Shown here one piece after another: positions 43,262 through 52,680 of a stretch of DNA of 64,000 nt. The notes under the pieces were generated by a model that was not told the origin of the DNA, ran no database searches, and saw only the letters and a program-made list of their open reading frames with translations. The DNA is from Marivita sp. (GTDB lineage: Bacteria; Pseudomonadota; Alphaproteobacteria; Rhodobacterales; Rhodobacteraceae): NCBI RefSeq assembly GCF_017643905.1, contig NZ_JAEPMO010000002.1:356-64355 (forward strand). The letters are read 5' to 3'. Made by a program: the position numbers and the translations under genes. Each line of letters starts with the position of its first letter. The stretch's first letter is position 1.

Positions 43262-44015
43262 TATCGAAGACCTGTTTCACCTTGGCGGCAAGGTGGCCGT
43301 CGTCACCGGGGCCAGTTCCGGCCTTGGACGACGGGCGGCGATCACGCTTGCAGCGGCCGGTGCGATGGTGGTCGGCGTGGCCCGGCGGAAGGACGAGTTG
43401 GAAAGCCTGTGTCGGGAAATCGGCTTTGCGGCGGCCTATGTCGTTGGAGATGTGACAGACCGCGACAACCTGCCTGCGCTGGTCGAGGCGATCTCGGCCC
43501 CCTTTGGCGCGCCGGATATCGTGGTGCACGCCGCAGGCATCAACACGCGCGAAGTGGCGGATAACGTGACGCCCGACGGCTGGGACGTGACACTGGCGCT
43601 GAACCTGTCAGCCCCGTTCTTCCTGTCGCAGGCGCTGGTACCCGGTATGAAGGAAAAAGGCTGGGGCCGGATCGTCAATTTCGCCTCGCTCCAATCCACA
43701 CGCGCCTTTCCCGGCGGCATCGCCTATGGCGCGACCAAGGGCGGCATCGCCCAACTGACCCGCGCCATGTCCGAGGCTTGGTCGCCCCACGGCATCACCG
43801 CCAATGCCATCGGTCCGGGCTTCTTCCCGACCGAGCTGACGCAGGCGGTGTTTTCCGACCCCGACCGTGCCGCCCGCAATGCGGCACAGACCTGCATCGG
43901 GCGGAACGGCCGGATGGAAGACATCGACGGCCCAATCCTGTTCCTCTGCTCGGACGCATCGGCCTATGTGACTGGTCAGGTTCTCATGGTGGACGGAGGG
44001 TTTACCGCGAAATGA
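43254..44015 (+). CDS. SDR family oxidoreductase
   Basis: 253 aa with the TGASSGLG nucleotide motif and a YGATK catalytic motif. It overlaps the upstream gene by 8 nt. Confidence 0.85.
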   Translation: MADIEDLFHLGGKVAVVTGASSGLGRRAAITLAAAGAMVVGVARRKDELESLCREIGFAAAYVVGDVTDRDNLPALVEAISAPFGAPDIVVHAAGINTREVADNVTPDGWDVTLALNLSAPFFLSQALVPGMKEKGWGRIVNFASLQSTRAFPGGIAYGATKGGIAQLTRAMSEAWSPHGITANAIGPGFFPTELTQAVFSDPDRAARNAAQTCIGRNGRMEDIDGPILFLCSDASAYVTGQVLMVDGGFTAK

Positions 44016-44992
44016 AGGCGCTCATTTACGAAGGAGTTGAAACGCTGGTCTATCGGGACGTGCCCGACATCACTGCGCGCGAGGGTGAGCACCTGATCCG
44101 TATTGCGGCGGTGGGCATCTGCGGGTCCGACATGCACGCCTATCTGGGCCACGACGCCCGCCGCCCTGCCCCGCTGATCCTTGGGCATGAGGCGGCAGGT
44201 GTGGTTCAAGGCGGGCCGATGGATGGCACGCGCGTGACGATCAACCCGCTGGTGACCTGCGGCACCTGCCCCGCGTGCACAAGCGAGCGGGAAAACCTCT
44301 GCCCCACACGCCAGATCATCTCTATGGAGCCGAGACCGGGCGCATTCGCCCAATACGTGTCGATGCCCGCATCAAACCTTGTGACCGTGCCGGATGCTGT
44401 TCCGCTGGACAAGGCGTCGTTGGCGGAACCCCTGGCGGTCAGCTGGCACGCCGCACGGCTGGCTCTGGCGGCGCTGCATCCGTCGATGGAACGGCGGGCG
44501 CTTGTGCTGGGTGGAGGTGCCATCGGGCTGGCAGCATCGCTCGCGCTCAAGGCGATGGGGATCGCCGATGTCACGATCGTCGAGCCGAACGCGACACGCC
44601 GCGCTTTCCTGACCGACACCTGCGGCGAAACCGCCGTGGCTGCGCCGGATGGGATGTACCCCCTCATCATCGACGCGGTGGGCTATGCCGCCACCCGCGC
44701 CGCGGCTTCGGCCCATGCGGTGCCCGGCGGTGTAATCACCCATGTGGGTCTTGGCGAAGACACCGGTGGTCTCGATGTGCGGCGCATGACGCTGCAAGAG
44801 ATCACCTTCATCGGCACCTACACCTACACCGCGCAGGATTTCCGCGACACCGCGCAGGCGATCTTTGACGGACGGCTTGGCCCGCTCGACTGGTTCCAGA
44901 CCCGCCCGCTGGCCGAAGGAGCCGCCGCATTCCAGGACCTGCGCAAGGGGGCTGTCGCCACACCGAAGATCGTCCTCGACCCTTGGGCCTGA
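44012..44992 (+). CDS. zinc-dependent alcohol dehydrogenase (MDR family)
   Basis: The ATG at 44012 overlaps the SDR stop (ATGA). It has GICGSDMH and the structural-zinc Cys cluster CGTCPACTSERENLC. Confidence 0.85.
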   Translation: MKALIYEGVETLVYRDVPDITAREGEHLIRIAAVGICGSDMHAYLGHDARRPAPLILGHEAAGVVQGGPMDGTRVTINPLVTCGTCPACTSERENLCPTRQIISMEPRPGAFAQYVSMPASNLVTVPDAVPLDKASLAEPLAVSWHAARLALAALHPSMERRALVLGGGAIGLAASLALKAMGIADVTIVEPNATRRAFLTDTCGETAVAAPDGMYPLIIDAVGYAATRAAASAHAVPGGVITHVGLGEDTGGLDVRRMTLQEITFIGTYTYTAQDFRDTAQAIFDGRLGPLDWFQTRPLAEGAAAFQDLRKGAVATPKIVLDPWA

Positions 44993-45016
44993 CCTGGCCT
45001 CAATAGGAGACCCGAT

Positions 45017-45430
45017 ATGTACAAGAAGATCCTCGTTCCGATGGCTTTGGACCACGGCATCTCCCCGCTGACGCTGCAAATTGCGCGGGTTCTGGCCTCG
45101 GATGGTGCCGAGATCACCGCACTACACGTCTACGAAGCGCCGCAGGGCACCGTCAGCGCCTATGTCGACGAAGAGGTCATGAAGGCCGGGTTTGAGCGTG
45201 CGCGGGAGCGGTTGCACGAAAAGCTTGAAGGGCTGGACGGCATCACGCCTGCCCTAGTCAAAGGACACTCGGCCCGCACGATCATCGACTATGCCACCCA
45301 GCACAGCATCGACTGCATCGTGATCGGCTCTCACAAACCGGGGCTGAGCGACTTCTTTCTGGGCTCAACCGCCGCCCGCGTGGTGCGCCACGCCCCCTGC
45401 GCCGTTCATGTCCACCGCAATGGCGAATGA
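45017..45430 (+). CDS. universal stress protein (UspA family)
   Basis: 137 aa, MYKKILVPMALD...GSHKPGLSDFFLGSTAARVVRHAPCAVHV. Confidence 0.85.
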   Translation: MYKKILVPMALDHGISPLTLQIARVLASDGAEITALHVYEAPQGTVSAYVDEEVMKAGFERARERLHEKLEGLDGITPALVKGHSARTIIDYATQHSIDCIVIGSHKPGLSDFFLGSTAARVVRHAPCAVHVHRNGE

Positions 45431-45459
45431 ACCTGGCTGCGCCGAGTGGCTGCTGACCT

Positions 45460-46389
45460 TTACTGAACCGCCATTGGCTTGACCGCGCTCTTGGCGTCCA
45501 CCTCGTCCTTCTGGATGACCAGCGTCCGTGTAGGAAAAGGGATGTCCACGCCTGCCTTGTCCAGCGCCTCTTTCACCTTGCGCTTCATATCGGCCTGATA
45601 CTGAAAATAGACCGACGCATCGCACCAGACGCGGACAAGGAAATCGACGCTGCTGCTGTTGAGGTTGTTGACCTGAATAAACGGCTCCGGGTCTTTGTGC
45701 GACCGCGGGTCAGACATGATCGTGTCGCGGATCACCCGCTCTGCATCCGCCAGATTGGCCCCGTAGCCGACACCGAATTCCCATTCCGCACGGCGGGTCT
45801 TGTAGCCGGAGTAGTTCTTGATGGTGTTGCCCCAGACTTCCGAATTCGGGACCACAACCTTCACATTCCCCACATCCGCGATCTCGGTATAGTTCAGCGT
45901 GATCTCCTTGACCGTACCGACCACGTCGTTGACCTGTACGAAATCGCCATTCTTCAAAGGCCGGAACAGGATCAGCATCACCCCAGCCGCGACATTGGAC
46001 AGCGTGCCCTGCAGGGCCAGACCAATCGCCAGACCGGCCGCACCGATAACCGCGACGACAGACGTGGTCCGCACGCCAAAAGTGTTGAGCACAAACAGCG
46101 CCGTGAAAGCGAGGATCGTATAGCGGGCGATATTGCCGAAGAAGATGAAGAGCGTGTCGTCAAGGCTCGCATGCATCTTACCGATCCGGGTGATGCGACG
46201 ACTGAGAACGCCTGAGATGATGAAACCCGCACACAGGATCAGGATCGCGGCAATCGTATTGCCCAGCAGCGACAGCATCGCTTCAAGCGTCAGAAGGTCC
46301 GCGAAGGATTTGCCGTTGTAGATCTCCATCGTGAAGATCGACGCGATCTGGTCCCAAACACTGGTTGCGACGGCTTCAACTTCTTCCAT
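45460..46389 (-). CDS. mechanosensitive ion channel (MscS family)
   Basis: 309 aa with three N-terminal TM segments and the MscS beta-domain pattern (PLKNGDFVQVNDVVGTVKEITLNYT). Confidence 0.85.
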   Translation of the reverse strand: MEEVEAVATSVWDQIASIFTMEIYNGKSFADLLTLEAMLSLLGNTIAAILILCAGFIISGVLSRRITRIGKMHASLDDTLFIFFGNIARYTILAFTALFVLNTFGVRTTSVVAVIGAAGLAIGLALQGTLSNVAAGVMLILFRPLKNGDFVQVNDVVGTVKEITLNYTEIADVGNVKVVVPNSEVWGNTIKNYSGYKTRRAEWEFGVGYGANLADAERVIRDTIMSDPRSHKDPEPFIQVNNLNSSSVDFLVRVWCDASVYFQYQADMKRKVKEALDKAGVDIPFPTRTLVIQKDEVDAKSAVKPMAVQ

Positions 46390-46505
46390 GCGTCTCTGTC
46401 CTGTTCTTGCATACGTCCTGCGCGGCTCGCGGCCACGTCCGACTGGAGCAACGCACGACAGAATGACGGGTTCCCGAATGCTGGAAAAAGAATTTGACCG
46501 CTTGG

Positions 46506-46538
46506 TAAAAAAGGGCTCGGCATTTGGACCGGGCCTTT
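46506..46538. terminator. hairpin flanked by A- and T-runs downstream of frcA
   Basis: AAAAAA-GGCTCGG-N8-CCGGGCC-TTTT, about 20 nt after the frcA stop. Confidence 0.45.
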
Positions 46539-46557
46539 TGCGAAAATGTGCTTAAGG

Positions 46558-47325
46558 TCAGGCCGCTTCGGGCGCTTCCTTGGCCCCGGTCATGAAGGCC
46601 ACCGCGTCGGACATGGTGTAGTCCTTGGGGTCGATCACACAGAGGCGCTTGCCCAGACGGTGCACATGGATGCGGTCGGCCACTTCGAAGACATGGGGCA
46701 TGTTGTGGCTGATCAGAATGATCGGAATGCCGCGCGATTTCACGTCCTGGATCAATTCCAGCACCTTGCGGCTTTCCTTAACACCCAAGGCAGCGGTCGG
46801 CTCGTCCAGGATGATGACCTTCGACCCGAACGCTGCGGCACGGGCCACGGCCACACCCTGACGCTGGCCCCCGGACAGGGTTTCCACCGCCTGGTTGATG
46901 TTCTGGATTGTCATCAGGCCCAGTTCCGACAGTTTGTCGCGCGCCATCTTTTCCATCGCCGGACGGTCCAGTTGCCGAAGCCACTTGCCACGCCAGCCGG
47001 GTTTGCGGATCTCGCGGCCCATGAACATATTGTCGGCAATCGACAGGGCGGGCGACATGGCAAGGGTCTGGTAGACCGTTTCAATGCCAGCCTCGCGCGC
47101 TTCGATCGGAGAAGAGAAACGCACCTCTTTGCCCTCAAGCGTCACGGTGCCTTCATCAGGGATGATCGCGCCCGAGACGGCCTTGATCAAAGAGCTTTTA
47201 CCCGCCCCGTTGTCTCCGATCACCGCAAGGATTTCCCCCGGCATCAGGTCAAAGTCGCAGCGGTCCAAGGCGGTCACGCGGCCATAGCGTTTGACCAGAC
47301 CGCGGCCTTTCAAAATCGGTTCCAT
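46558..47325 (-). CDS. frcA: fructose import ATP-binding protein
   Basis: The ATG at 47325 gives MEPILKGRGLVKRYGRVTALDRCDFDL. It is near-collinear with my memory of Sinorhizobium meliloti FrcA, including the C-terminal DYTMSDAVAFMTGAKE. Confidence 0.85.
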   Translation of the reverse strand: MEPILKGRGLVKRYGRVTALDRCDFDLMPGEILAVIGDNGAGKSSLIKAVSGAIIPDEGTVTLEGKEVRFSSPIEAREAGIETVYQTLAMSPALSIADNMFMGREIRKPGWRGKWLRQLDRPAMEKMARDKLSELGLMTIQNINQAVETLSGGQRQGVAVARAAAFGSKVIILDEPTAALGVKESRKVLELIQDVKSRGIPIILISHNMPHVFEVADRIHVHRLGKRLCVIDPKDYTMSDAVAFMTGAKEAPEAA

Positions 47326-48386
47326 TATGCTGCCACCTTTCTGATCCACTGGTCTACCGCAACAGCGGCAATGATGAGTGCGCCGATCAAGAGGAAGGTC
47401 CATTGCGCATCGGCGCCCGCCAGCCGCAGACCAAGCGTGAACACGCCCACGATCAACGCCCCGAAGAACGTCCCGAGGATCGATCCACGCCCGCCAAACA
47501 GCGAGATGCCCCCGATCACCACAGCGGTGATGCTTTCGATGTTGAGCAATTGTCCCGAGGTTGGCGACACCGATCCGATGCGCCCGATCAGGGCCCAGCC
47601 CGCAAAGGCGCAGATCAGACCGGCAAGGGCATAGACGGAAATCAGCGTGCGCTTGACGTTGACACCCGAAAGCTCTGCCGCTTCCGGATCATCCCCGACC
47701 GCGTAGACATGCCGTCCCCATGCCGTGTGTTTGAGGACATAGGCCAGGACCAGAACCAAGAGCACCATGAATACGACGCCGAACGTGAACACGGCCCCGC
47801 CAACGTTGAACTTATTACCCATGAACTGCAAAAGCGGCGCTTGTTCCGCAATATCTTGAGACCGGATGGTCTCGTTCTGAGAATAAAGGAAGTTTGCCGC
47901 CAGAACGATCTGCCACATGCCCAAGGTCACGATGAAGGGCGGCAGTTTCATCCGCGCCACCAGCCAACCGTTGAGTGCGCCAATGGCCGTTCCAAAGGCC
48001 AGCCCGCACACGATGGCAACGCTGGGCGGCAGGCCATAGCGGAAGGTGAATTGACCCATCACCACTGAGGAAATCACCGCGATGGCACCAACGCTCAGGT
48101 CAATGCCGGCTGTCAGGATCACCAGAGATTGTGCCGCGGCCACGATGCCGACGATCTGCACCTGTTGCAGGATCAGCGTCAGTGCAAAGGGCGAAAAGAA
48201 GCGCGATCCCAGAGCGAGACCGAAAATGATGATCGCCGACAGGAGAACGATCAAAGGCACCAGCGCCGGTGTCGTATGCAAAGCGTGATGGAACCGGTCG
48301 ATCAGGCTTTTGTCGCGTCCACCAAAGGATGCGACTTCGGCATTCGCCTTGCTGACAACCGATTCATAATTGTCTGATGATGGCAT
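47325..48386 (-). CDS. frcC: fructose ABC transporter permease
   Basis: A ribose/xylose-type permease of 353 aa. The ATG at 48386 is preceded by GGAGGA. The track start at 48401 is GTG, inside the Shine-Dalgarno. Confidence 0.85.
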   Translation of the reverse strand: MPSSDNYESVVSKANAEVASFGGRDKSLIDRFHHALHTTPALVPLIVLLSAIIIFGLALGSRFFSPFALTLILQQVQIVGIVAAAQSLVILTAGIDLSVGAIAVISSVVMGQFTFRYGLPPSVAIVCGLAFGTAIGALNGWLVARMKLPPFIVTLGMWQIVLAANFLYSQNETIRSQDIAEQAPLLQFMGNKFNVGGAVFTFGVVFMVLLVLVLAYVLKHTAWGRHVYAVGDDPEAAELSGVNVKRTLISVYALAGLICAFAGWALIGRIGSVSPTSGQLLNIESITAVVIGGISLFGGRGSILGTFFGALIVGVFTLGLRLAGADAQWTFLLIGALIIAAVAVDQWIRKVAA

Positions 48387-48423
48387 TGAATCCTCCCTCA
48401 CGAAGAAACGGGTCGTTCTTGCG

Positions 48424-48451
48424 AAAAGGGCGGGTCGATCCCCGCCCTTTT
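48424..48451 (-). terminator. intercistronic hairpin after the binding-protein gene
   Basis: AAAAGGGCGGG-TCGATC-CCCGCCCTTTT lies between frcB and frcC. It is a likely attenuator or mRNA stabiliser giving excess binding-protein transcript. Confidence 0.5.
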
Positions 48452-48480
48452 CACGACTGTTCAGTCAGATGTGAGTCGGA

Positions 48481-49500
48481 TCAACCCCAGCAGAGGTTGG
48501 TGCCTTCGGTGGTGTCAATCGACTCGACGCCATCGACCGGCTTGTCGGTGACCAGAGCCACACCGGTGTCAAAGAAATCCTTGCCATCTGTCGCCGACGG
48601 CTTGGTGCCATCTGCGGCCCATGCAGCAATCGCTTCGATGCCCTTGGAGGCCATCAGCAGCGGATACTGCTGCGAGGTGGCGCCGATCACGCCATCCTTG
48701 ACGTTCTGGATGCCGGGGCAACCGCCGTCGACCGATACGATCAGCACGTCGTTTTCACGACCGATGGCCTTGAGCGCCTCATAGGCACCGGCAGCCGCAG
48801 GTTCGTTGATGGTGTGAACCACGTTGATGGTCGGGTCTTTCGCTAGAAGGTTCTCCATCGCGCGGCGACCGCCCTCTTCGTTGCCCTGTGTCACGTCGCT
48901 GCCGACGATGCGCGGATCGGTTTCATCACCGATCACGTTCGGGTCGGCCAGGTCGATGCCAAAGCCCTGCAGGAAGCCCTGGTTGCGGAGCACGTCGACG
49001 GTCGGCTGGCTCACGGCAAGGTCAAGCGTTGCGATGCGTGCGTTTGCAGCGTCGTCACCCAGAGCAGCGCGTGCCCACTGGCCAATCAGCTCACCCGCAA
49101 GGAAGTTGTCGGTAGCGAAGGTCATGTCGGCCGCGTCAATCGGCTCGAGCGGCGTGTCGAGCGCGATCACGAGGATGCCCGCGTCACGTGCCTGCTGAAC
49201 CGCAGGAACGATGGAGGACGTGTCGGATGCGGTGAGCAGGATACCCTTTGCGCCATTGGCGATGCAGGTTTCGATGGCTGCCACTTGCGTTTCGTGGTCA
49301 CCATCGACCTTGCCCGCGTAGCTGTTGAGCGTGATGCCCAGCTCTGCAGCCTTGGCTTCGGCACCTTCGCGCATCTTCACGAAGAACGGGTTGGTGTCGG
49401 TCTTGGTGATCAGGCACGCGCTGACGCCGTGACCCGCAGCAAAGGCCGCACCGGACATGGACGCAAGGGCAACAGCCGAGCTCAGCAGTAGTTTTTTCAT
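48481..49500 (-). CDS. frcB: fructose ABC transporter periplasmic binding protein
   Basis: The ATG at 49500 gives [21 protein letters not shown]. It belongs to the Peripla_BP_4-like sugar-binding family and is the first gene of frcBCA. Confidence 0.85.
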   Translation of the reverse strand: MKKLLLSSAVALASMSGAAFAAGHGVSACLITKTDTNPFFVKMREGAEAKAAELGITLNSYAGKVDGDHETQVAAIETCIANGAKGILLTASDTSSIVPAVQQARDAGILVIALDTPLEPIDAADMTFATDNFLAGELIGQWARAALGDDAANARIATLDLAVSQPTVDVLRNQGFLQGFGIDLADPNVIGDETDPRIVGSDVTQGNEEGGRRAMENLLAKDPTINVVHTINEPAAAGAYEALKAIGRENDVLIVSVDGGCPGIQNVKDGVIGATSQQYPLLMASKGIEAIAAWAADGTKPSATDGKDFFDTGVALVTDKPVDGVESIDTTEGTNLCWG

Positions 49501-49623
49501 GGTTTCCTCCCAGAAATCTTCAATGGTCAATCATACGGACTGTGTTCAGACCGCTTCCCCCTGCCTGCGGTTTCCGCTGCAGGTTGAAAGCGAAAAGGCC
49601 AGATTCCAAACCGCCTGTCAATA

Positions 49624-49644
49624 AATAAATAAACTTTATTTATT
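49624..49644. promoter_or_regulatory. AT-only 21-bp perfect palindrome in the frcB/ROK divergent region
   Basis: AATAAATAAA-C-TTTATTTATT lies within a 32-nt stretch of nearly pure A/T in an otherwise GC-rich genome. Confidence 0.5.
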
Positions 49645-49697
49645 AAATATCATCTGCCATCATTGCGAGGAAACAGCGTTAGGCTAAGGTCCGCGAC

Positions 49698-50897
49698 ATG
49701 GACGGTGGTAAGATCAGAGGAGCAAGCGGGGGCGTCAACCAAAGCGGTGTGCGCAACCATAATGAACGCTTGCTGCTTTCGATGTTGCAGCGCCGTGGTG
49801 GCATGGCGGGAATTGACCTTGCCCGCCTGACGGGCCTGTCGCCGCAAACGGTCTCAGTGATCTTTCGCAAAATGGAACAGGACGGGTTCCTGCGCCGTGG
49901 CGATCCCGTGCGGGGCAAGGTCGGCAAGCCGTCCATTCCGATGGAGTTGTCGCCCGATGGCGTCCTGTCGCTTGGCCTGAAGATCGGACGACGCAGCGCC
50001 GATCTTCTCTTGCTCGATTTCACCGGTAACGTCCGCGCCCAGGTCAGTACGGCCTATACCTACCCCCTGCCCGACGAGGTGTTCGCCTTTCTCGAATCAG
50101 GCATGGCCACGTTGCTGGCCGATCTCGACGCCGAGGAACGGGACCGGGTCTGCGGTATCGGGATCGCGGCCCCGTTCGAACTTTGGAAATGGAACGACCT
50201 GATCGGCGCGCCGTCGCAACGCTTCAAGTCGTGGAAGGATCTGGACTTCGCCGAACAGGTCGCCCGGTTCAGCGATCTCCCTGTGTTCGTGGTCAATGAC
50301 GCGACGGCCGCATGCCGGGCCGAACACCTGTACGGACGGACACATGAGTTCCGCGACTACGCGTATTTCTTCATCGGCTCATTCGTGGGTGGCGGGGTTG
50401 TCGTCAACGACACGGTGTTCGAAGGCAATCAGGGCAATGCAGGCGCGCTTGGATCGCTGCGCAGCACGGGGCCATTGGGCGAAAGCCAGCAATTGATCGA
50501 CGTGGCCTCGATCCACCTGCTGGAAGGGCGGTTGGTACAGGCCGGTATCAACCCGCGCGTGTTGTGGAACCAGCCGCAGAACTGGGACGACCTGTCCCGA
50601 TATGTCGATCCGTGGATCGGGGAGACGGCGCAGGAATTGGCCAAGGCATCGCTGTCGGTCTGCGCGGTGATAGACTTTGAAGCGGTGTTGATCGACGGAG
50701 CCTTTCCCGCCGCAGTCCGGACCGAGCTGGTGGAACGGGTGCGGCGCTATCTTGTCAATCAGGACACCCGTGGTCTGATCGCACCACAGATCGAACCCGG
50801 CAGCGTGGGCGGCAATGCGCGGGCCATCGGTGCAGCCAGCAGCCCGATCTTCACCCAGTTCCTGTTGAACACCAATGCGGGCTTGGCGGCTTTTTGA
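49698..50897 (+). CDS. ROK family transcriptional regulator
   Basis: 399 aa with an N-terminal winged HTH (NHNERLLLSMLQRRGGMAGIDLARLTGLSPQTVSVIFRKMEQDGFL) and a ROK sugar-kinase-like domain. It is divergent from frcBCA. Confidence 0.85.
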   Translation: MDGGKIRGASGGVNQSGVRNHNERLLLSMLQRRGGMAGIDLARLTGLSPQTVSVIFRKMEQDGFLRRGDPVRGKVGKPSIPMELSPDGVLSLGLKIGRRSADLLLLDFTGNVRAQVSTAYTYPLPDEVFAFLESGMATLLADLDAEERDRVCGIGIAAPFELWKWNDLIGAPSQRFKSWKDLDFAEQVARFSDLPVFVVNDATAACRAEHLYGRTHEFRDYAYFFIGSFVGGGVVVNDTVFEGNQGNAGALGSLRSTGPLGESQQLIDVASIHLLEGRLVQAGINPRVLWNQPQNWDDLSRYVDPWIGETAQELAKASLSVCAVIDFEAVLIDGAFPAAVRTELVERVRRYLVNQDTRGLIAPQIEPGSVGGNARAIGAASSPIFTQFLLNTNAGLAAF

Positions 50898-50905
50898 CCA
50901 TCTGG

Positions 50906-51709
50906 TCAAAAAATCCCTTTGTCGATCAACGCGTCCGTGAGTTCTGGCGGTGGGTCCAGATCAAACGCCTCCCGCAGGCACGACAGGACCGCCTCCGGAG
51001 TTTGCAAAACCCAAACCTCGGGTGCCCTGCCCTTCGCAAATTTGCGAAACGTCGCGCCCTCCAGCACCAACCTCGTGTCACCGATATGGCGGGTGACGAT
51101 CAGCGTGCGGGTGAAAAGCGATCCCGGCAGAGTCGCCGCGAGCCAGTTGCCGGCCTGCACATCCGACATCGTCGTCACTTCGTCGGTGAAGGCATAGAGA
51201 TCACGCCAATCGCCTTCGGCAACCTGACGGCTCAGGACCGTGCCAAGTCCAGCCCGGTGTTCCGTCCGCAGGTCCGGGCTGTCTGACCCCAGCATGAAAG
51301 GTTCGGTTGGCCCCGGCCCACCAAACCCCACGTCGACAAGGTAGTCTGCTCCGTCCAGCCGAATGATGCACAGGCAATGACTGCGTGGCCCCGGCACGTC
51401 GCGCTGCCACAGAACACGCGCCATGCACAACCGGGCGTCAAAGCCCAGACTGCGCGATCCGGCGCAGAGAAGCGGGTTCAGTTCGACACAATAGCCCCCG
51501 CGCTTCGCATGCAGGATTTTGGTGGCAAGCGCGTCGATCCCAATTTCGGGAACATCGCCACAGAAAACGGTCAGGTTTTCAAACGGAATGCGGTCCAGAT
51601 GCGCGCGGATGATGGTCGTCAGACTGGCCAGCGTCACAGGCAAACTGGCGGTCAGCCCCAAGCGGGACAGCCACGTGTCGACAATGACCTTGGGCGCTGC
51701 CTCCACCAA
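50906..51709 (-). CDS. arylamine N-acetyltransferase family protein
   Basis: It carries IPFENL and the catalytic-Cys context RGGYCVELN. The start is uncertain: TTG at 51709 or GTG at 51706. Confidence 0.8.
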   Translation of the reverse strand: MVEAAPKVIVDTWLSRLGLTASLPVTLASLTTIIRAHLDRIPFENLTVFCGDVPEIGIDALATKILHAKRGGYCVELNPLLCAGSRSLGFDARLCMARVLWQRDVPGPRSHCLCIIRLDGADYLVDVGFGGPGPTEPFMLGSDSPDLRTEHRAGLGTVLSRQVAEGDWRDLYAFTDEVTTMSDVQAGNWLAATLPGSLFTRTLIVTRHIGDTRLVLEGATFRKFAKGRAPEVWVLQTPEAVLSCLREAFDLDPPPELTDALIDKGIF

Positions 51710-51716
51710 TGCGCCT

Positions 51717-52673
51717 TTAACCCTCGACCGGAGGCGTGCCGTGGGTGTGGAAGGTCTCGATCGTCTTGAGCCCCCAGGCCTGCCCCTTTTTGCGTTCCGT
51801 TTCGGTCCAGGTCACGGTTTCCCAATCAGGTTGCAGGATCAGCCGTGCGCCCGCATTGGCCAGTTCCACCCGGTTGCCCGCCGGTTCCCAGACATACAGG
51901 AAGAACGTGCCCTGAATGCCGTGCTTGTGCGGTCCGGTTTCGATGTGGACACCGTTTTCCAGAAAGATGTCAGCCGCGCGCAGGATGTCTTCGCGCTGGT
52001 CGGTCGCGTAGGTGACATGGTGCAGACGGTTCTGGCCGCGCCCATGTTCTTCGGTGCAGGCCAGATCGTAGGTCTTGTTGTTGATCGTGAACCAGCAGCC
52101 GCCCAGCCGCCCGTTGTCCAGTCGGATTTGTTCGGTCACGCGGCTGCCCAGACAGGTCTGCATGAAGTCGCGGAACTGGGTCACGTCCTCGGCCAACAGG
52201 TTCAAATGGTCGATCCGGCGCGGAGAGACACCCTGCGCGTGAAAGCGGCTCGACATGTTCTTCAGGGCTGGCTTGTCATCCTCGGGCGGATCGTATTTCA
52301 CCGTGTCCCAGTAGAGTTCGAACACATGGCCGAAGGGGTCTTCAAACCGATACGCGCGCCCATGGCCCAGATCGCCGTCGACCCAGCCATGTATCTTGTA
52401 ACCCGATGCCTCGATCACCTTGACCCGTCGTTCCAGCGCCGCCTCGGAGGACACGCGATAACCGATATGGGCGACACCTGTGGTGTGGGATTTGGTGAGC
52501 TTGAGTGTGTGAAACTCGTAATCATCCCACGCCCGCAGATAGGCGCTGTCGCCCTCCAGCGCGGACAGCTTCAACCCGTAGACCCGCGTGAAGAAATCAA
52601 GGCTCTCGTCGAACCTGTTGGTCAGGACCTCTACATGGCCAAGATGGGCTACGTCAAAGCAGGGTTCGGTCAT
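51717..52673 (-). CDS. type I extradiol dioxygenase (catechol 2,3-dioxygenase-like, two-domain VOC)
   Basis: 318 aa. The segment HHVTYATDQREDILRAADIFLENGVHIETGPHKHGIQGTFFLYVWEPAGNRVE parallels the XylE-type metal-binding region. Confidence 0.85.
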   Translation of the reverse strand: MTEPCFDVAHLGHVEVLTNRFDESLDFFTRVYGLKLSALEGDSAYLRAWDDYEFHTLKLTKSHTTGVAHIGYRVSSEAALERRVKVIEASGYKIHGWVDGDLGHGRAYRFEDPFGHVFELYWDTVKYDPPEDDKPALKNMSSRFHAQGVSPRRIDHLNLLAEDVTQFRDFMQTCLGSRVTEQIRLDNGRLGGCWFTINNKTYDLACTEEHGRGQNRLHHVTYATDQREDILRAADIFLENGVHIETGPHKHGIQGTFFLYVWEPAGNRVELANAGARLILQPDWETVTWTETERKKGQAWGLKTIETFHTHGTPPVEG

Positions 52674-52680
52674 AGGGGCC

